Positions 1 to 13,317 are shown, numbered from the stretch's first letter. The stretch is DNA of 64,000 nt from Azolla caroliniana (GCA_043228905.1 JBHGNT010000016.1:8060001-8124000), one strand, 5' to 3'. The notes: generated from the sequence alone by a model not told the origin. Translations and numbers: made by a program.

Positions 1-1061
1 GAGACCTCGTTTTGTACGAAGAAATTTTGGTCGATCTCGACATCCCCAATCTTCACCGTCACATCCGGACAAGCCGCAAATAGATCTTCCATTGCTTTAG
101 TGGCTGCCCGGATCTTCCATCCATGGTTAGTGTTTATAGGCCACTTCCCCTTCCGGTAGAACTCCTTAGACATCAAATTGATCTCCGATCCATGATCAAT
201 CAATGCTAGCACGGGCTCTTTGATGTTGTCGATTTGGACCGGAGTTTCCGTAGTTGCATGTGCCCAGTGTGGCCTTGTGTAGTGGGAGTTCGGAATTTCG
301 TCCTCCGCTTCGGTGTCATTCATTAAAACCGTGTTTGCATTTACCCTTGGAGCGTTCTCCTCCTTACTTTGTCTTATTCTCTTCATGAGATCCACAAGAA
401 GATCATGGAACTCCTTCTTCGCTATTCCGAGTAATTCCCGAAGCGAAAATTCCACCTGACTATCAAGGATTCTCTCTTCGAACACCTTCTTTAGGTCCGT
501 CTGTTGTTCGATGTCCGAAGCGAGTTTGAATGCCAGAATTGTTTTTCCTTTCCCCTTCCCTTCGGAGTTCCAGCTCTCCGATGTCTTTGATGGTCCGGCT
601 GCATCATCCGTGCACCGTTGTTTTTCATCCACATACACTTCATGCAATTGACATAACGCATGTACGCTATTCTTATCTACGGGGCACTCCCATCCCGTAG
701 CTTCCTGGATACATTCCACGGCGCTTCGAATTTCATCATGGTCGGCTTTCTTCGAAATTTCTAGCACTTCCGGCCAAAAAGACGCCTTTGCTCCAGATGA
801 CTCCTCAACACGTATTCCTGCGGTTGTCGCATAATTGCTATTCGCCGCTATTTCCTCCTTGAGGACCTTCTTCATGCTGCCTTTCCGGAAGTTCGGTTGG
901 AGTGGCTTCCGAGAGTCCATCGAATGGATCCGATTTCCCTCGTAGTAGATAAGATCTTGTCGTAACGCCTCCTTGTGCTCGTCGCAATCCTTCTGATTAT
1001 GTTCAGTGCTATCGCACCATATGCATTGACGGTCCATATGCTTGAAGCTTGTGGGATGGTC

Positions 1062-1806
1062 TGTTGTTCACAGTGCTCGGCCACAACCGAGGAATAGGAT
1101 CAACTCACAGAAAATAGGAAATACAAAATGCACGAAAACAATAGAGAGAAGGGTACACTAGATGTTTTACGTGGAAAACCCTAAATGGGAAAAACCACGG
1201 GAGTGCAAGACTCCAACTATCACTATACGTGGGGAATGTACAATGGCGAGCTGCAAGGCGACGACCTTGAGCTCGCTGTCCTCGCCACAGGCGGCGGTAT
1301 TACACAGAGGCGTCGACCTCTTCCTTCCTCTTTCTCTCTCACTCTCTCTCGGCTGCTCTCACTTCGCTTCCTCTCAGTGGAAAACAGAAAATGAGCAACA
1401 GCCTTATAAAACTGTTTGCCCTAAGTCATATTTATACACATACGACTTTCGGGCTATTTACAAATATAGTCTCCGCATCCGGATCTCTCTCCGGGTACTT
1501 CGTCATCCGGCTCCGTAACCGGGGTCTTCATCATCCGGCTCCGTAGCCGGGTCTTCATCATCCGGCTCCGTAGCCGGGGTCTTCATCATCCGGCTCCGTA
1601 GCCGGGTCTTCGTCATCCGGCTCCGTAGCCGGGGTCTTCATCATCCGGCTCCGTAACCGGGTCTTCGTCATCCGGCTCCGTAGCCGGGGTCTTCATTATC
1701 CTGCTCCATAACCGGGTACTCTTCATCCTCCGGTTCCGTAACCGCAACCAGGCCTGCCGTCATTCATCTCCGGACATCCCATCCGGAGGGACCGAAAATC
1801 CCAACA
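1062..1806 (-). mobile_element. Solo LTR (Copia-type, related to the LTR at 5580-6180)
   Basis: Termini TGTTG...CAACA; perfect 5-bp TSD TGGTC at 1057-1061 and 1807-1811. Shares TTTACGTGGAAAACCCTA..GGGAAAAACCACGGG and GACCT(T/C)GAGCTC blocks with the LTR at 5580-6180. Confidence 0.92.
1476..1745. repeat. Tandem array of a 27-28-bp unit (GTCTTCATCATCCGGCTCCGTAGCCGG), ~9 copies, inside the solo LTR
   Basis: Head-to-tail repeats are directly visible with no unique spacers. Each unit contains the small inverted repeat CCGG...CCGG. Confidence 0.9.
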
Positions 1807-2689
1807 TGGTCAACCGACTTCTTTACCATCGCGATTTTCAGATTCTCCATTTCTTTCAGCAACTGCTCCACTGTGGTTGCATCGATTCCCTTCTCGGTCG
1901 TAGTCTCCCGAGCCCTCGGTTGATGGTATTCCAATCCGGATCTTGGTTTCGGAATTGGTTCTGAAACCCAGTTTTCTTCGCTAGCAAGCCATTGCCCCCT
2001 CTTTGTGTATCGCGCGACGATATCCCGCACGCTTTCCCATGTTTCGGTGAGGCCACTCTCAGTGGTCGTGTCCTCCAAAAGCACTCCAAGATATTTCCGG
2101 TCCCGGATGTCCATGGCTCGTAGGAACATGATCACTTTGTCTGGTGCGAGGATAGCTTGGTCTCTCGCAGACAACCTCCCAAACCGACTTTCAAATGATG
2201 AAAACACATCGAGGACCTTCATCCCCTTATCCGGTGTTTCCACCCAATCTTTGAATCCCCTCCTCATTACCTTGGAGGAGTCCTCGATGGCGAATGTGGT
2301 CTTTAGTGCCTCTTCAAACGCCTCCCACGTTAGATTTTGCTGTCGTATCCCGTGGATACTCCCTTGAAGCCCGTCGGTCGCCACCCGGTTGAAGGATGTC
2401 ACTTCCAATCCATCCGAAATCCCGCACCGTAGCATTTCCGCCTTGTAATCTCGCAAATATCGCGACATGTCTTTCCCGTTGAATTGCATGTTCCATTGCA
2501 CGAGCCACTCTACTGCCGCTGCAATCTCCGACATTGCGTGTTGTTCTTGTAGCATCCACTCAAACATCGCCATCATGTTGTTAGCCCCCGGTTGATTTTT
2601 CATCTCCTTGCCACCCGGTTTCACGTCGGGTTCACCACTTGTGTCGTGCCTTTTGGCTCCGGATCGTTGTGTGAGTCGGGTGGGAACCA

Positions 2690-3300
2690 CTAAGGTTTTG
2701 GAGTAGGAGAAAGAAGAATACAATATAAGGCTAGTTATGGATGGTAGAAAGAGAAGTAAGAAATAAAATGTGGGATTCCCACGTGTTTAGTGTATTTAAT
2801 CAATATTTAGATTGTAAGAAGAGAATTTTGATGATAAACTCGTGAATCCCACAAATATATTAGATTGATCAATCCTTGTAAAATAATCAACAACCCCATA
2901 CATCTTTCTCTCCTCCTTATATAAGGATGGAAGAGGCTAAGCATAGCTTCATGCTTTTTCTAAAGTGTTAATGCACACTAAATGTGCATGTGTTGCCTTT
3001 TACACTATGCTTTCATTTCCTAAATATAGTGCTCATGCTCGCTAGATGTGCACGAGTAATTTTTTATTGGTGTACATTTTTCTTATAAATAAAGTATTCA
3101 CGCATTCTAAAAATGCATGACTTACCTTTTAATAAAGGTAGGCGTAAATAAAGGTCTTATACATATTAAATCTATATTTAAAACACTTAAGATAAGTTAA
3201 TACAATGGTAAGGTTGGGGTTTGTCTACGTGGAGGTATAGGGTTTGAATCTTGCCCTATGCATGTAATAATCTTTTTTTCTATTTATAAATTTTTCTCTT
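2690..3300. mobile_element. AT-rich LTR-like remnant carrying a tRNA-like A/B-box cassette (~3198-3252)
   Basis: Abrupt junction with the gag region; TATA-like CCTTATATAAGG; TAATACAATGG-N32-GGTTTGAATCT resembles the cassettes in other LTRs of this window. Boundaries uncertain. Confidence 0.4.
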
Positions 3301-6180
3301 CATCAGGTGAGAGACTCTCACCGGCATTCTTTATCCGGCTCTTGCCGGTTCTGCTTGATCCGGTTCTTACCGGGTCTCCTTGCTGGTTCCTCCTCCATCC
3401 GGTTCTCACCGGTTCTCCTTACCGGGTCCTCCTTACCGGTTCCTCCTTCATCCGGTTCTTACCAGTTCTCCTTACTGGTTCCTCGTCCCATCCAGAGGAA
3501 CCAAAATGCAATTTTCACGTAGTGTGCAAATTACACTACGATAACGTATGCGAGACACCCGAACAACTTCAGATGCCGGTAAGACACATCCTTACCGGTC
3601 CATACTTTCTGCGGTGAGTCTCCGTCCAAGGGTACTGAGGGTGATCTGTTTATCACATAGGTTGTCCTCTTCAGCGCCTTAGCCCAAAACGTCTTGGGTA
3701 ACTTGGCCTGTGCGAGCATGCTCGAGACTCTCTCCATTATGGTCCGGTTCATCCTTTTGGTCAACCCATTTAGTTCCGACGTCTTCGGCATGGTGAATTC
3801 GAGCCGGATTCCCTTCGACCGACAGTACTCCTCGAACTGCCCCCGGTATTCTCCTCCGTTATTTGCTCGAACCGGTTTTAGCTTTCGCTGGTTTCTCTTT
3901 CCACTCTTGCGTGGAGCTCCTTGAAGACGGATAACACTTGATCCTTCATCTTCAACAGTGAGACCCACAACTTCCGGCTATGGTCATCTATGAACATCAC
4001 GAAGTACTGCGATCCAGCATGTGACTTCGTGTCAACTTGACACACATCGGTATGCACCAGCTCCAGTGGTGCATTCTGTCTCATCGGTGGTCTTGACCGG
4101 AAGGAGGTGCAGTTTTGCTTGCTGGCCAAGCAGTTGGTGCACTTCTCAAGTTGCATGTCCTTCACCGGAATGAGGTTGTCTTCGGCAAGTCTCTTCATCC
4201 CCTTCTCACTCATGTGACACAGCCTTTTGTGCCACAGCTCACCGGTAGTGTCAGATGCTACGTTCACTTCTTCCCGGCATATCCGGGCATTATCCGAGCA
4301 TTCATCAAGTACAACATGTTGACCTTCCAGGCTCAAGCCACTATTAAGCTCCCTTTGCAGAACTTCATGACACCGTTCCGGATGCTACCTATGTAGCCTT
4401 CATCATCTAGCAGACCGGCTGATATCAGGTTCAGTCAAACCTCTGGAACGTGTCAAACATCCTTCAACAGCAACTTGCATTCGGTTGATGTCGTCAATAA
4501 CACATCTCCTATGCCGATAATTCGGCATGTCCCTTCATTCCCCATCTGGACACAGCCGTGCTCACCGGCTGTGTAGGATGAGAAGCATTTCCGGTCCGGG
4601 GTAAGGTGGAATGACGCTTCGGAATCGACAACCCACGTTGTCTCATCGATGGCAAGGTTCAACTCACTGTCCTCGGTGATAAGCATTACTTCTTCTTCAC
4701 TTGCCGCGATCCCCGTTGTTCCTTTTCGGTCCGGACCTCGCCGATCCGAACCAGTTCGGTTCGGTGACTTCTTAATATCGGTATTGTCGGTTCCCTTGTC
4801 CTTCCGGAAATGCCAATAGTTCTTCTGGAAGTGCCCCGACTTGCCACAATAGAAGCAAGTGGGCCTCCCCCTTGACTTTGACCGTGTCCCCGACTTTTTC
4901 CGGTTCTGAGGACTCCGATTCCTTTGTCTTCCGCATTCCGATTCGGTAAGGAGGGCTTTGGCGTCAGAGATCACCTCCTTGTCTTTCCGACGCGCCTCCT
5001 CATCTAGCAAGCTCAACTTGACCCTTGCTAGGCATAGTTGTTTTCCTTCCAGCCCGGTGTTGCCCAATGTGACAACTAATGTCTCCCAGCTATCCGGGAG
5101 GGAACCGAGCAAGAGTAGAGCAAGTACCTCATCGGCGAGAGGTACTTCCAACGAGGTTGCTTGTTGTATCAGCCCCTGGAAGGCATTCATGTGCTCCGCC
5201 ATACTGGAGTTGTCTTAGTACCGGAGCCTCACTAGCTCCCGAAATACCGAAACCCAATTAACGACATTCTTGTTCTGGAACATGATGCCGCTCTTCTCCC
5301 AGAGTTCATGAGCCTTGCTCTCTTCATTGAAGTTGTTGTATAGGCTCATGTCGATGAAGCACCGGATGTATGCCCTCGTCTTCATGTGCATCACCTCCCA
5401 CACCGTGGCGTCGATCTTATCCGGTCTCTTGTCCCCGAACTGAACCGACAACCAAAGATCTTTAACCACCAGCATGTCCCTCATCTTCGACTTCCACATT
5501 GAGTAGTTGGAACCGGTAAGCTTGAACATGCCGCCGAAAGATTCTTCCATTTTCTGTGTTGTTCGCTCTGATACCAGTTTGAAGAGAAATGCACGGAATA
5601 TCGCTCGGCTACAACCGAGTAGTAAGTGACTTTTCAAAGAATCAAACACAAAAATGGGAAGTGGGAAGTACTCAAGAAAAATGACACATGATGTTTACGT
5701 GGAAAACCCTAGTAGGGAAAAACCACGGGAGCCCACAAACTCCGAACTATCACTATGAAGAGAAGGGGTACAATCAGAGACTCAGAGGCAACGACCTCGA
5801 GCTCTGTTTCTTCGCACAGTGGTGGTTACAACAGAGTATCACTCTGTATCTCTCTCTCTCTCTCTCTCTCTGTACAATAGTTACAACATTATGACAACAA
5901 CACACACACACACACACACACACTTCTAAAGTGATTGCCCTAAGTCATATTTATAGTTATATGAACTTAGGGCTATTTACAAAAATAGCCTCAATGGGCT
6001 TATTCAAGACATATTTACAACTTTGTCTTCTCTTTCGGTTCTCACCGGGTCCACCGATCCGGTTTCTCGATCTCCTATGGTTCTTTCCGGGTCTCCTCCG
6101 GTTTCCGGATCTCTTCCGGTTCTCACTGGGTCCTCTTTATTCATCACCGGATCCCATCCGAAGAGACTGATTTCCCAACA
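3300..6180 (-). mobile_element. 3'-truncated Ty1/Copia element (5' LTR, PBS, gag, protease, integrase; no RT)
   Basis: tRNA-iMet PBS TGGTATCAGAGC (5565-5576, minus). Gag motif NYSMWKSKMRDML, zinc knuckle CFYCGKSGHF, protease WVVDSEASFH, GAG-pre-integrase LWHKRLCHMS, integrase LELVHTDVC. Contains stops and frameshifts. Confidence 0.9.
5580..6180 (-). repeat. 5' LTR of the truncated Copia element
   Basis: TG...CA termini (TGAAG...CAACA) next to the PBS; contains CT and CA microsatellites. Confidence 0.8.
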
Positions 6181-6183
6181 ACT

Positions 6184-7040
6184 TGTAGTAGCGTAGTGGT
6201 TAAAACTTATAAGTATATGTAGAGAAGTGTGGAGTTCGAGTCTCTCTTCTTACAAATCAAGGAATATTTTGCTCCCCTTCCATTTTTGTGACGAAGGGAA
6301 AAAAGAGAGAGAGCATGTAATCTTATAATAGGCTCCTCTTTCCTCTATAAGAGAAGAGGGATAGGGCTTATTTGGGGGTCGCCCATTTTGTCTTCTACGG
6401 GTGTACCACTAGGGCTTCATCTCTTCTTCTTCTTGGGTTAGGGTTTGGTAGCCTCCCTTTCTCCTTATCCCTTTCTCCTTCTTCTTTTCCTTCTAGGGTT
6501 AGGGTTTGGGAACTTCTTCTTTCTACTTTTCTTCTTTTCTCCTCAACATACTAGAGGAGTTAGGATTTTCGGGTTTGAGAGTTTTGCCTCTATTATACTT
6601 CTTACTCGAGATATTTTAGGGCTTGGATTCCTTATACATCAACTTCTTCGGCATCTCGGTGGTAGTCAACTCGGTGGCCCATTGTGGAAGGGAGGTTGTA
6701 GTGGCACGAGGGCTACTCTGAATTGAGGCAACATAGCCGTTGGAAGTAGTCGAGCTCGGAGCCCACTAGACTCACCTTCGTTAGATTATTTTAGCCTTTG
6801 ATAATTTCATAACCGATCATTGTAAAAACCACCGAAATCATGGTGTCAAGCCTAGCAAATCTAAAGAAAATAAAAACCGGTTTTGATTCATAGCTGTTTT
6901 TATTAATCATGAAACCAATTCTATGTAAGAAAAACCCATTGAAATCGTGGTATTAAGCCTAATTGGTTTTTAAGGCCTATTTTATATCTAAACTTATGTA
7001 TATTTTCCCCATGTCATTGACATCATAATCTCCCACTATC
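6184..7040 (+). mobile_element. LTR-like segment beginning TG immediately followed by a tRNA-like A/B-box cassette
   Basis: TGTAG-TAGCGTAGTGG-N33-AGTTCGAGTCT, then a TATA-like CTCTATAAGA and a CT-rich tract. The 3' boundary is unclear. Confidence 0.4.
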
Positions 7041-7114
7041 CTCACTTCTTTTGTCTCCCCGATCCAGGGCCCCGACGGTCCCATTTGAGCGACACACGCA
7101 CACAAAACTTAGCA

Positions 7115-8689
7115 ACACCGTGAGCTATGACTTGATCGTCTTTTTCAATGAAGCTCTCTTCATTATTGAACTGCACTTGCATGCCTTGTTCTACTATCTG
7201 GCTGACCGAGATCAGATTTTTCATGATGGTTGGGACATGCAACATGTTTTTGAGGTAGGTTTGTTTGCCATCGCTCCCGAATGGGACATTTCTGACATGC
7301 CAAATCGGGTGAGTTGTGTCATCTCCGGTTTCAACATAGCTGGGTCAATCAGGCTTTCGTAATTCTCAGAACCAACCTTCATGAGATGTCATATGATTGG
7401 ATGCTCCCGAGTCAACAAACCATATACTGTCAGAAGAAGAGGTGTTGGTCGGACCCTGTGCTGACATTGAGTGAGCTTTATGCCTAATTACGAACATTCC
7501 ACCAGGGCCATCATAGTCGAAATTCATGGCGTAGTTTGTGAGTTGTCGGCTAGTCCAAGTTGATTCTCATTTCTTCTTTCAGCACTCCTCTTTGTAGTGG
7601 CTGAGTTTTCCACAGTACCCGCATTCAATCGGGTTGTTGTGATGGCTCGGTCCGATAGGATGGCTCCTCCTACCGGTTCCCTAGGATTGTTCATGTTGTC
7701 TTGCCATTAGTGGGGGTTGTGTTCTTGGGTCGGTTTACCCTATCGCCCTCGGCCAAATCTAACTCTATTTCCTCGATCGAATCCTCTTGTATCATCTGAC
7801 TGGGAGTAGAGCATCTGTCCATCGAGTGCATTGCTCCTTTGTCGGGCATGATTTTCTTCCACCAATAGTATCGACTGAAGGTCGAAAAAGGAAAGTGGAT
7901 TCTCCCTTGCGGAATGGCTGATCTAATCATGTCGAATCGCGGTGCTAAGCCGCCAAGGAATATTTTCACCATTCCTTCATCGTTGATGATGTTGTTGATT
8001 GACCCGAGGGCATCACATAGTTCCTTGATCTTCAAGGTATAGCTGGTGATTCACATGTTCATTTGTTGCATATTGTTTAACTCCTGTTGGAGTTGGAGCT
8101 TTTGTGCAGCTGTGTTGGCTGTGAAAATCTTCTTGAGATTGCCCCAAGCTTCTTTCGGCTTTTTTGACTCTCGAATATAGCCGAGCATGTGATCATGAAT
8201 GCATGATACAAGGCAATACAACACACGATTTGTGGCCTACTCCCATGCTGGGTAGTCGGCGTGTGTTGGGTTGGGTTAGTTTTCGTGAGCTCCTTCGATG
8301 TAGCTCCAATAACCTTGTCCGACAAAATATTGATGCATCTTGTACTCCCAATATGCGAAGTTTGTCCTATCAAGCTTCTATGTAGGAAGAGCGCTTCCCA
8401 TCTGAGTGTTCATGATGTTGATTTCTTCTTTGTTGCTAACTAATAGATGTTGATCGTCGTTGTGTAGCACACCACAATTGAGTGATCTCGATCAGATAAC
8501 CACACTCTCTAATACCATGTCAAGAATGAGAGACATAGGTGGTGTTGTGCAACGGAATCGAGTTGTGTGTGTGTGTATGTAAGATGCGTGCAGAGAGAGA
8601 GAAAGAAAGAAAGAAATATTAACGGAAGCGAGTTGTGTGTGGCCCATGAGACAAATGGTTTACAACAAAAAATGGGATATTTACCAATT

Positions 8690-8726
<37 letters not shown>

Positions 8727-8907
8727 GAACAAGAAGCTATATTGATAAGAAGATAAAATACATCCAACAGTAACTAAGTTACAAAAGGTTGGTTTAAATA
8801 CCAACTAATCTAGGGCAACTGCCCTTTCTACTATTTACAAAACTAGCCAAGTATGTCCATTGGCTAGTGTGAAAGTCATTTGAGGAAGTTGAGTTTTATT
8901 CTCAACA
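7115..8907 (-). mobile_element. Degenerate Copia fragment (LTR 8518-8907, PBS, gag, protease)
   Basis: PBS TGGTATTAGAG next to an LTR TGTCAAG...TCTCAACA. Fragments such as KIKELCDALGSIN and LHVPTIMKNLISVSQIVEQG are homologous to the Copia at 20110-26007. Confidence 0.85.
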
Positions 8908-11345
8908 CCTACTTTGGGGAAGTCCTCTGATTCATAGACAATCGTACTTTCATAATAAAAGCATGATATTGTACCATGTCGCCACACAACCAGATTCTTC
9001 CCATGAATGGAGAGTCATGGTTGATCTTGTGCCTTCCAAAGGTATTTCTTCCTGTTAGGTGCCCTCATGGTAGGCACATTGAATTCTTCATCAAGTGACA
9101 AATTCAAGCTTCTTGAATTGATGGATCATGGTTCCACTGTATTAGAGATTTCGCAATTGTCATTTTCTTTGAGTACCTTAGCGTTGGCTTTCTCATGTTA
9201 GAATAAGATTGTGATGATGTTCCTTGAAGTATTATGGTCAAGGATCTACAACTCATTGAGGTCACTCATCAAGCTTGAAGTGGGGTTGTTGGCATGATCA
9301 AGCAATGTTTGGGAAAATCTAATGCTAGCATTAATGTTGTACTCAATCACCATGGGTATGGCTAATTTCCAGTTGCACCATGCCCATTAATCCAAACACG
9401 ATATTGGGATTACTTAAGTTCCTTATGAACTAGTTGGGATAGACAAGGATGCAATGCATGATGCAAAAAACATTTTGACTTCAAAAGATTTGGCTTTCTC
9501 CTGAAATAATTCTTATGTGGGGTCACATCATGGACACCCTCAGTTGTGCACCCATTGATGAGATACGAGACTATGACAATTGCCCTTGCCAAGTAGATCT
9601 TTGAAAATGTTCTTCCCTTGCAACATGGTGTCGTGTAGCTGATACTTCCTGACCACCATTGGACCGAGAGGATTGTATCTTGTGATTCATCTTGTTTTCA
9701 ATGCAACTTTTTAACTTGAGAAAGTGAGAAAAGAACTCCTTCACTTCATTGGGCATATCTAGGTGTTTGTACCCATTTATTGTCTCATTTTGAGCCATGC
9801 CCCATATGTCTGATTAAATAACGCTTGGGAGGTTGTTACTCACATTCCCCTTGAGCAGGAATGGATGCCTATGATGGCATGCCTCACATACTTTATTGGG
9901 ATTTTCCGAAGTAAATCTTGGCAATTCATGCACAACTCCTTTCGTATGCATCAGACAAGTTTATTGAGTTTTACATGGCCAACCCTCTTGTGCCACAACA
10001 TGATGTCAAACTCAGTTTTGAGTCCCTTTGCGTTCATTATTGTGTTCATTTCGATCGTGTCGAGGATAAACATGCGACCATTTCTACTTGCATAAGAAAT
10101 AAGATGGTCCTTATCCTTGATGAAGTAACATTCCTAGTTTGGCCAACAAAGACTAAATTCTTTGTGATAGTCAACACATACAATATGTCCTTGATGTAGC
10201 CCTTGTTGTTGTGATGGTTGAAGGCCACATCTCAAATCTAGTCAATTGTGTGTGTGGAGTCATCACTGGTCTTCTCCCTTTGTTATCTCAGCCATCATAG
10301 TATAGTTCCTTTACTTCCAAGGAGAGGCAACTAAGTCATTTTTCTTCTTTTGGCACTCATCTTGGAACTAGCCAAGATTTCCACAGTACTAGAACTTAGT
10401 TTATTGATTTTCCCAGGTTGATGTAGACTGGTGGGAGTTCCCCCTTCTACTAGAATTCTCTCAATTGGTTCCATCTTCTTGATGTCGGGAACTAAACTAT
10501 TGTGGACATCATCCACCTCTTCCATGGCCATTCCTCCCATTTCCATGAACATGACCTCAACCAAGATATTCTAGTGTATATAGTGTCTGCTTATAAGATG
10601 TTGCCCTTTTCAACTGTTATGGTTCATTATGTCCATCAACATGGATTGCAAGTTGAAAAAGTTTGGGAGTTCTCCGTTGTTGTTATGGCAATCTAAAACA
10701 CACCATACTTATGTTTGAGGCTGTCGAGGCCGATATGCACCACATCTTTGTCATTTACTACAACATTGATGGAGTTGAGTGCATCGTAGAAGTCTTTGGT
10801 CTTGAGGGTATTGTCCATCAAAGACATATCCCTTTGCTAAATATTGTTCAACTACTATTGAAGTTCATGTTTTTGGGTTGTAGTTGAATTGGGGAAAATC
10901 TTCATCAAGTTTTCCGACAGTTCCTTTGGGGCCTTTACATCTCAGATATAGCTTACTATGCGATCAAACACACATGTTTCTAAGCAGTGCATTACTCGGT
11001 TTGTGCCTTGCTACCATGTGGGTAGTTAGGGTTTATGAGATTGGGGGCTATTTCTTGATCTCCCTCGTTATAACTCCAATAACCCTTCCCAACTAGGTAT
11101 TGGCGCATCTTGTACTCCCAAGATGCGTAGTTTTGCCTATCCAACTTCTCCGTAGGAAGTGCACTACCTATCTATGCATTAATCTTTCTAATTTAGCTCG
11201 ATTTGTATGCTCCTCCTGATGTACACCTCTTGTCATGAAACAACACTACAACAACAATAACGTCTCCAACAACTCACACAACCTCAATGGTAGAGCTTGG
11301 TGAAGGATTTCCAACCCTCATGCTTTGATACCATGTAAAGAATGC
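8908..11345 (-). mobile_element. Highly degenerate Copia (gag to integrase remnants)
   Basis: PBS-like TGGTATCAAAG (11323-11333) next to TGTAAAG. Remnants YLINGCTTEGVHDVTPH and YIKDILYVLTITKNLVFVGQ. Confidence 0.75.
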
Positions 11346-12653
11346 TAACTCTCGTAGAGTCCAATGTTACTCCCCTTTGGAGGAACACACTCTTACTTAC
11401 TACTCCCAAGTAACTAGACCAAGGTATTGTGGTAGGTAGGGAGGGAAAGAGTTTTGGGTCGTCCCGTTGACTGTGCACTCATCCGATACGGGAGTTGGGG
11501 TAATTTTACTTCGGGGAATCTGAGATATCTCACTTTGAGGATATCCAACTCATCTGCTCTGCTCAACACTTGGAGACACAAACTTATTCCTATAGAATTG
11601 CAACGAACTTAGGAATAGATATGCTATCGAATCGGCTACAACTGATTACAACCACGCGACTACATAGTAACATGAGATCAACACCTTATAACACAAATAG
11701 ACCGCATAGAGTTCCCCACAAGACATAATAATATATTAATGTTACAACTTTGTTGCAAGTACCGATCGATTGTCGGTATAGTCTCTATTCTCTCATAAAC
11801 ACTCACCCCTCTTGTACAATTACTTGTCTAAATCTCCCCCCTTTTCTCTCACTCACATAGTCCTTATATAAGATTCCATGCTTCCTATTTCAGTGGATCA
11901 TGGGTCAGTTACAATCATTTCACTCATTAAATACTTTGCTTTATAGTACGCCACATTCGGCTCTTGGCCGGATCCCTTTGTTTGGCTTCTTGTCTCTTCT
12001 CACACCTTCGGCCGTCATGCTCGGACAACATCAGGGTGTGTGGAAGCAAGTAGAGCAAGTGGGAAAGTAGAGCAAGTGGGAAAGAAAGCAGGGTGCATGC
12101 TAAAAAACACTCATTAATTTATTCAAGGGAGAGCTCTTTCATCCTATAAAAGGGTGAAGAAAACAAAGACAAAAGGGAGGGGAGGAAGAGTGAGACACAA
12201 AAGCTCTACAGATTGAGACACGAGGGTTGTGAATCAAGCAGGCGTGTCAAACCAACATTGACAAGAGGCAACGTCAATGTTGGTTGTAGGGAAATTTATA
12301 CCAAAACACAAGGATTTCCTACTGAAGCTTTACTTTTTATCTTTCCTTCTTCATCATCATCTTCTTCTCCACAACATGTTTCTTGTTTTAGGGCTTCATT
12401 TCTTTCTTCTTAGTGAAATTTAGGGCCTTAGTTCAGGTTTCATTTTTGAAAATTTACCATTGTTGTAATCAAATACTCCAAAATCTTGTAAACCTTATTT
12501 TATAAAGGAAATTTCTTTCATAATCCAATGTTTTCATCCTATAAAGACGACAATTTGGACTTAGTATTGTAGAATCCATTCATAATCTTAGGTTCTTTGG
12601 GTTAATTATGCGTTAATCTCCTGCATAATTCACTGTTTGGATCGCTACTACGT

Positions 12654-12900
12654 TCGACTCTATAGAGCCTTTGACTTTGAGGAGCCTTTAACTCTGAAGA
12701 GCCTCTAACTTTGACTTACCTTTGACGCTAAGGAACATTTGACTTTGACTCACCTTCGACTCTATAGAACTTTCAAATCTAACGATCTTTCAACTTTGGG
12801 TTAAAATCGACTCCAACGATTTTTCAAATCTGTAGATCCTTTGAGTCTAACGATCTTTCTTACTCTAATAATCATTCGACACTAACGAGGTTTCGAGTCA
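12654..12900. repeat. Degenerate 17-bp-period minisatellite (~14 units, consensus ~TYGACTCTAAVGANCCT)
   Basis: Units TCGACTCTATAGAGCCT / TTGACTTTGAGGAGCCT / TTAACTCTGAAGAGCCT / CTAACTTTGACTTACCT continue in 17-nt register. Confidence 0.75.
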
Positions 12901-13317
12901 TCCATCCTCTCTGGTTCAAGTTGCTTGTTACTTGAAAGACTACAATACTACTTGCAACCTCATTTGTTTTTGCACATAATACACTTTCTCAACCATACCA
13001 ATACATGTTGGGTTTTCAATTTAATATCGAACTATCTAGAAAATTATGTTGATTCTAGAACCACGGTTGAGCCGCAAGGAGCCGCCATGATTATTCAAGA
13101 TACGGGTTGAGGAAATACATATTCGCTATGTTTTCTGTTGTGGTTTTTAAAACACCATAGTATTACCATAGTTACAGGATCTCGAATCACATCTCATATG
13201 TCTAGAGGGGTGAAGACGTGAGATGCTTTCTTAAACAATATTCTTCCAATCAAAATTTCAAGCATTCATCTTGCTTGTGTATTTTCTAAACCTCCTTATT
13301 TATATTGCATATACAAC

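Larger units (their letters stand above)
1..2690 (-). mobile_element. Ty3/Gypsy-type gag-protease fragment, interrupted by a solo LTR; continues past the left edge
   Basis: ORF 1764-2723 is gag-like. Removing the solo LTR rejoins KKSVDH to PTSFKHMDRQ-CIWCDSTEHNQKDC (CCHC zinc knuckle). Further downstream on the minus strand (~170-215) is the aspartic protease motif ALIDHGSEINLM. Confidence 0.8.

Noticed and set aside
1476-1745. CRISPR-like array of ~28-bp palindromic repeats
   Set aside because: Units are head-to-tail with no unique spacers, lie inside a TSD-flanked LTR, and there are no cas genes.
3300-3500. CCGG-rich repeat as a separate element
   Set aside because: It matches the repetitive EEPV-type linker after the Copia integrase on the minus strand.
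6430-6510. Telomere-like TAGGGTT motifs
   Set aside because: Only a few scattered copies, common in plant LTRs and promoters; not an array.
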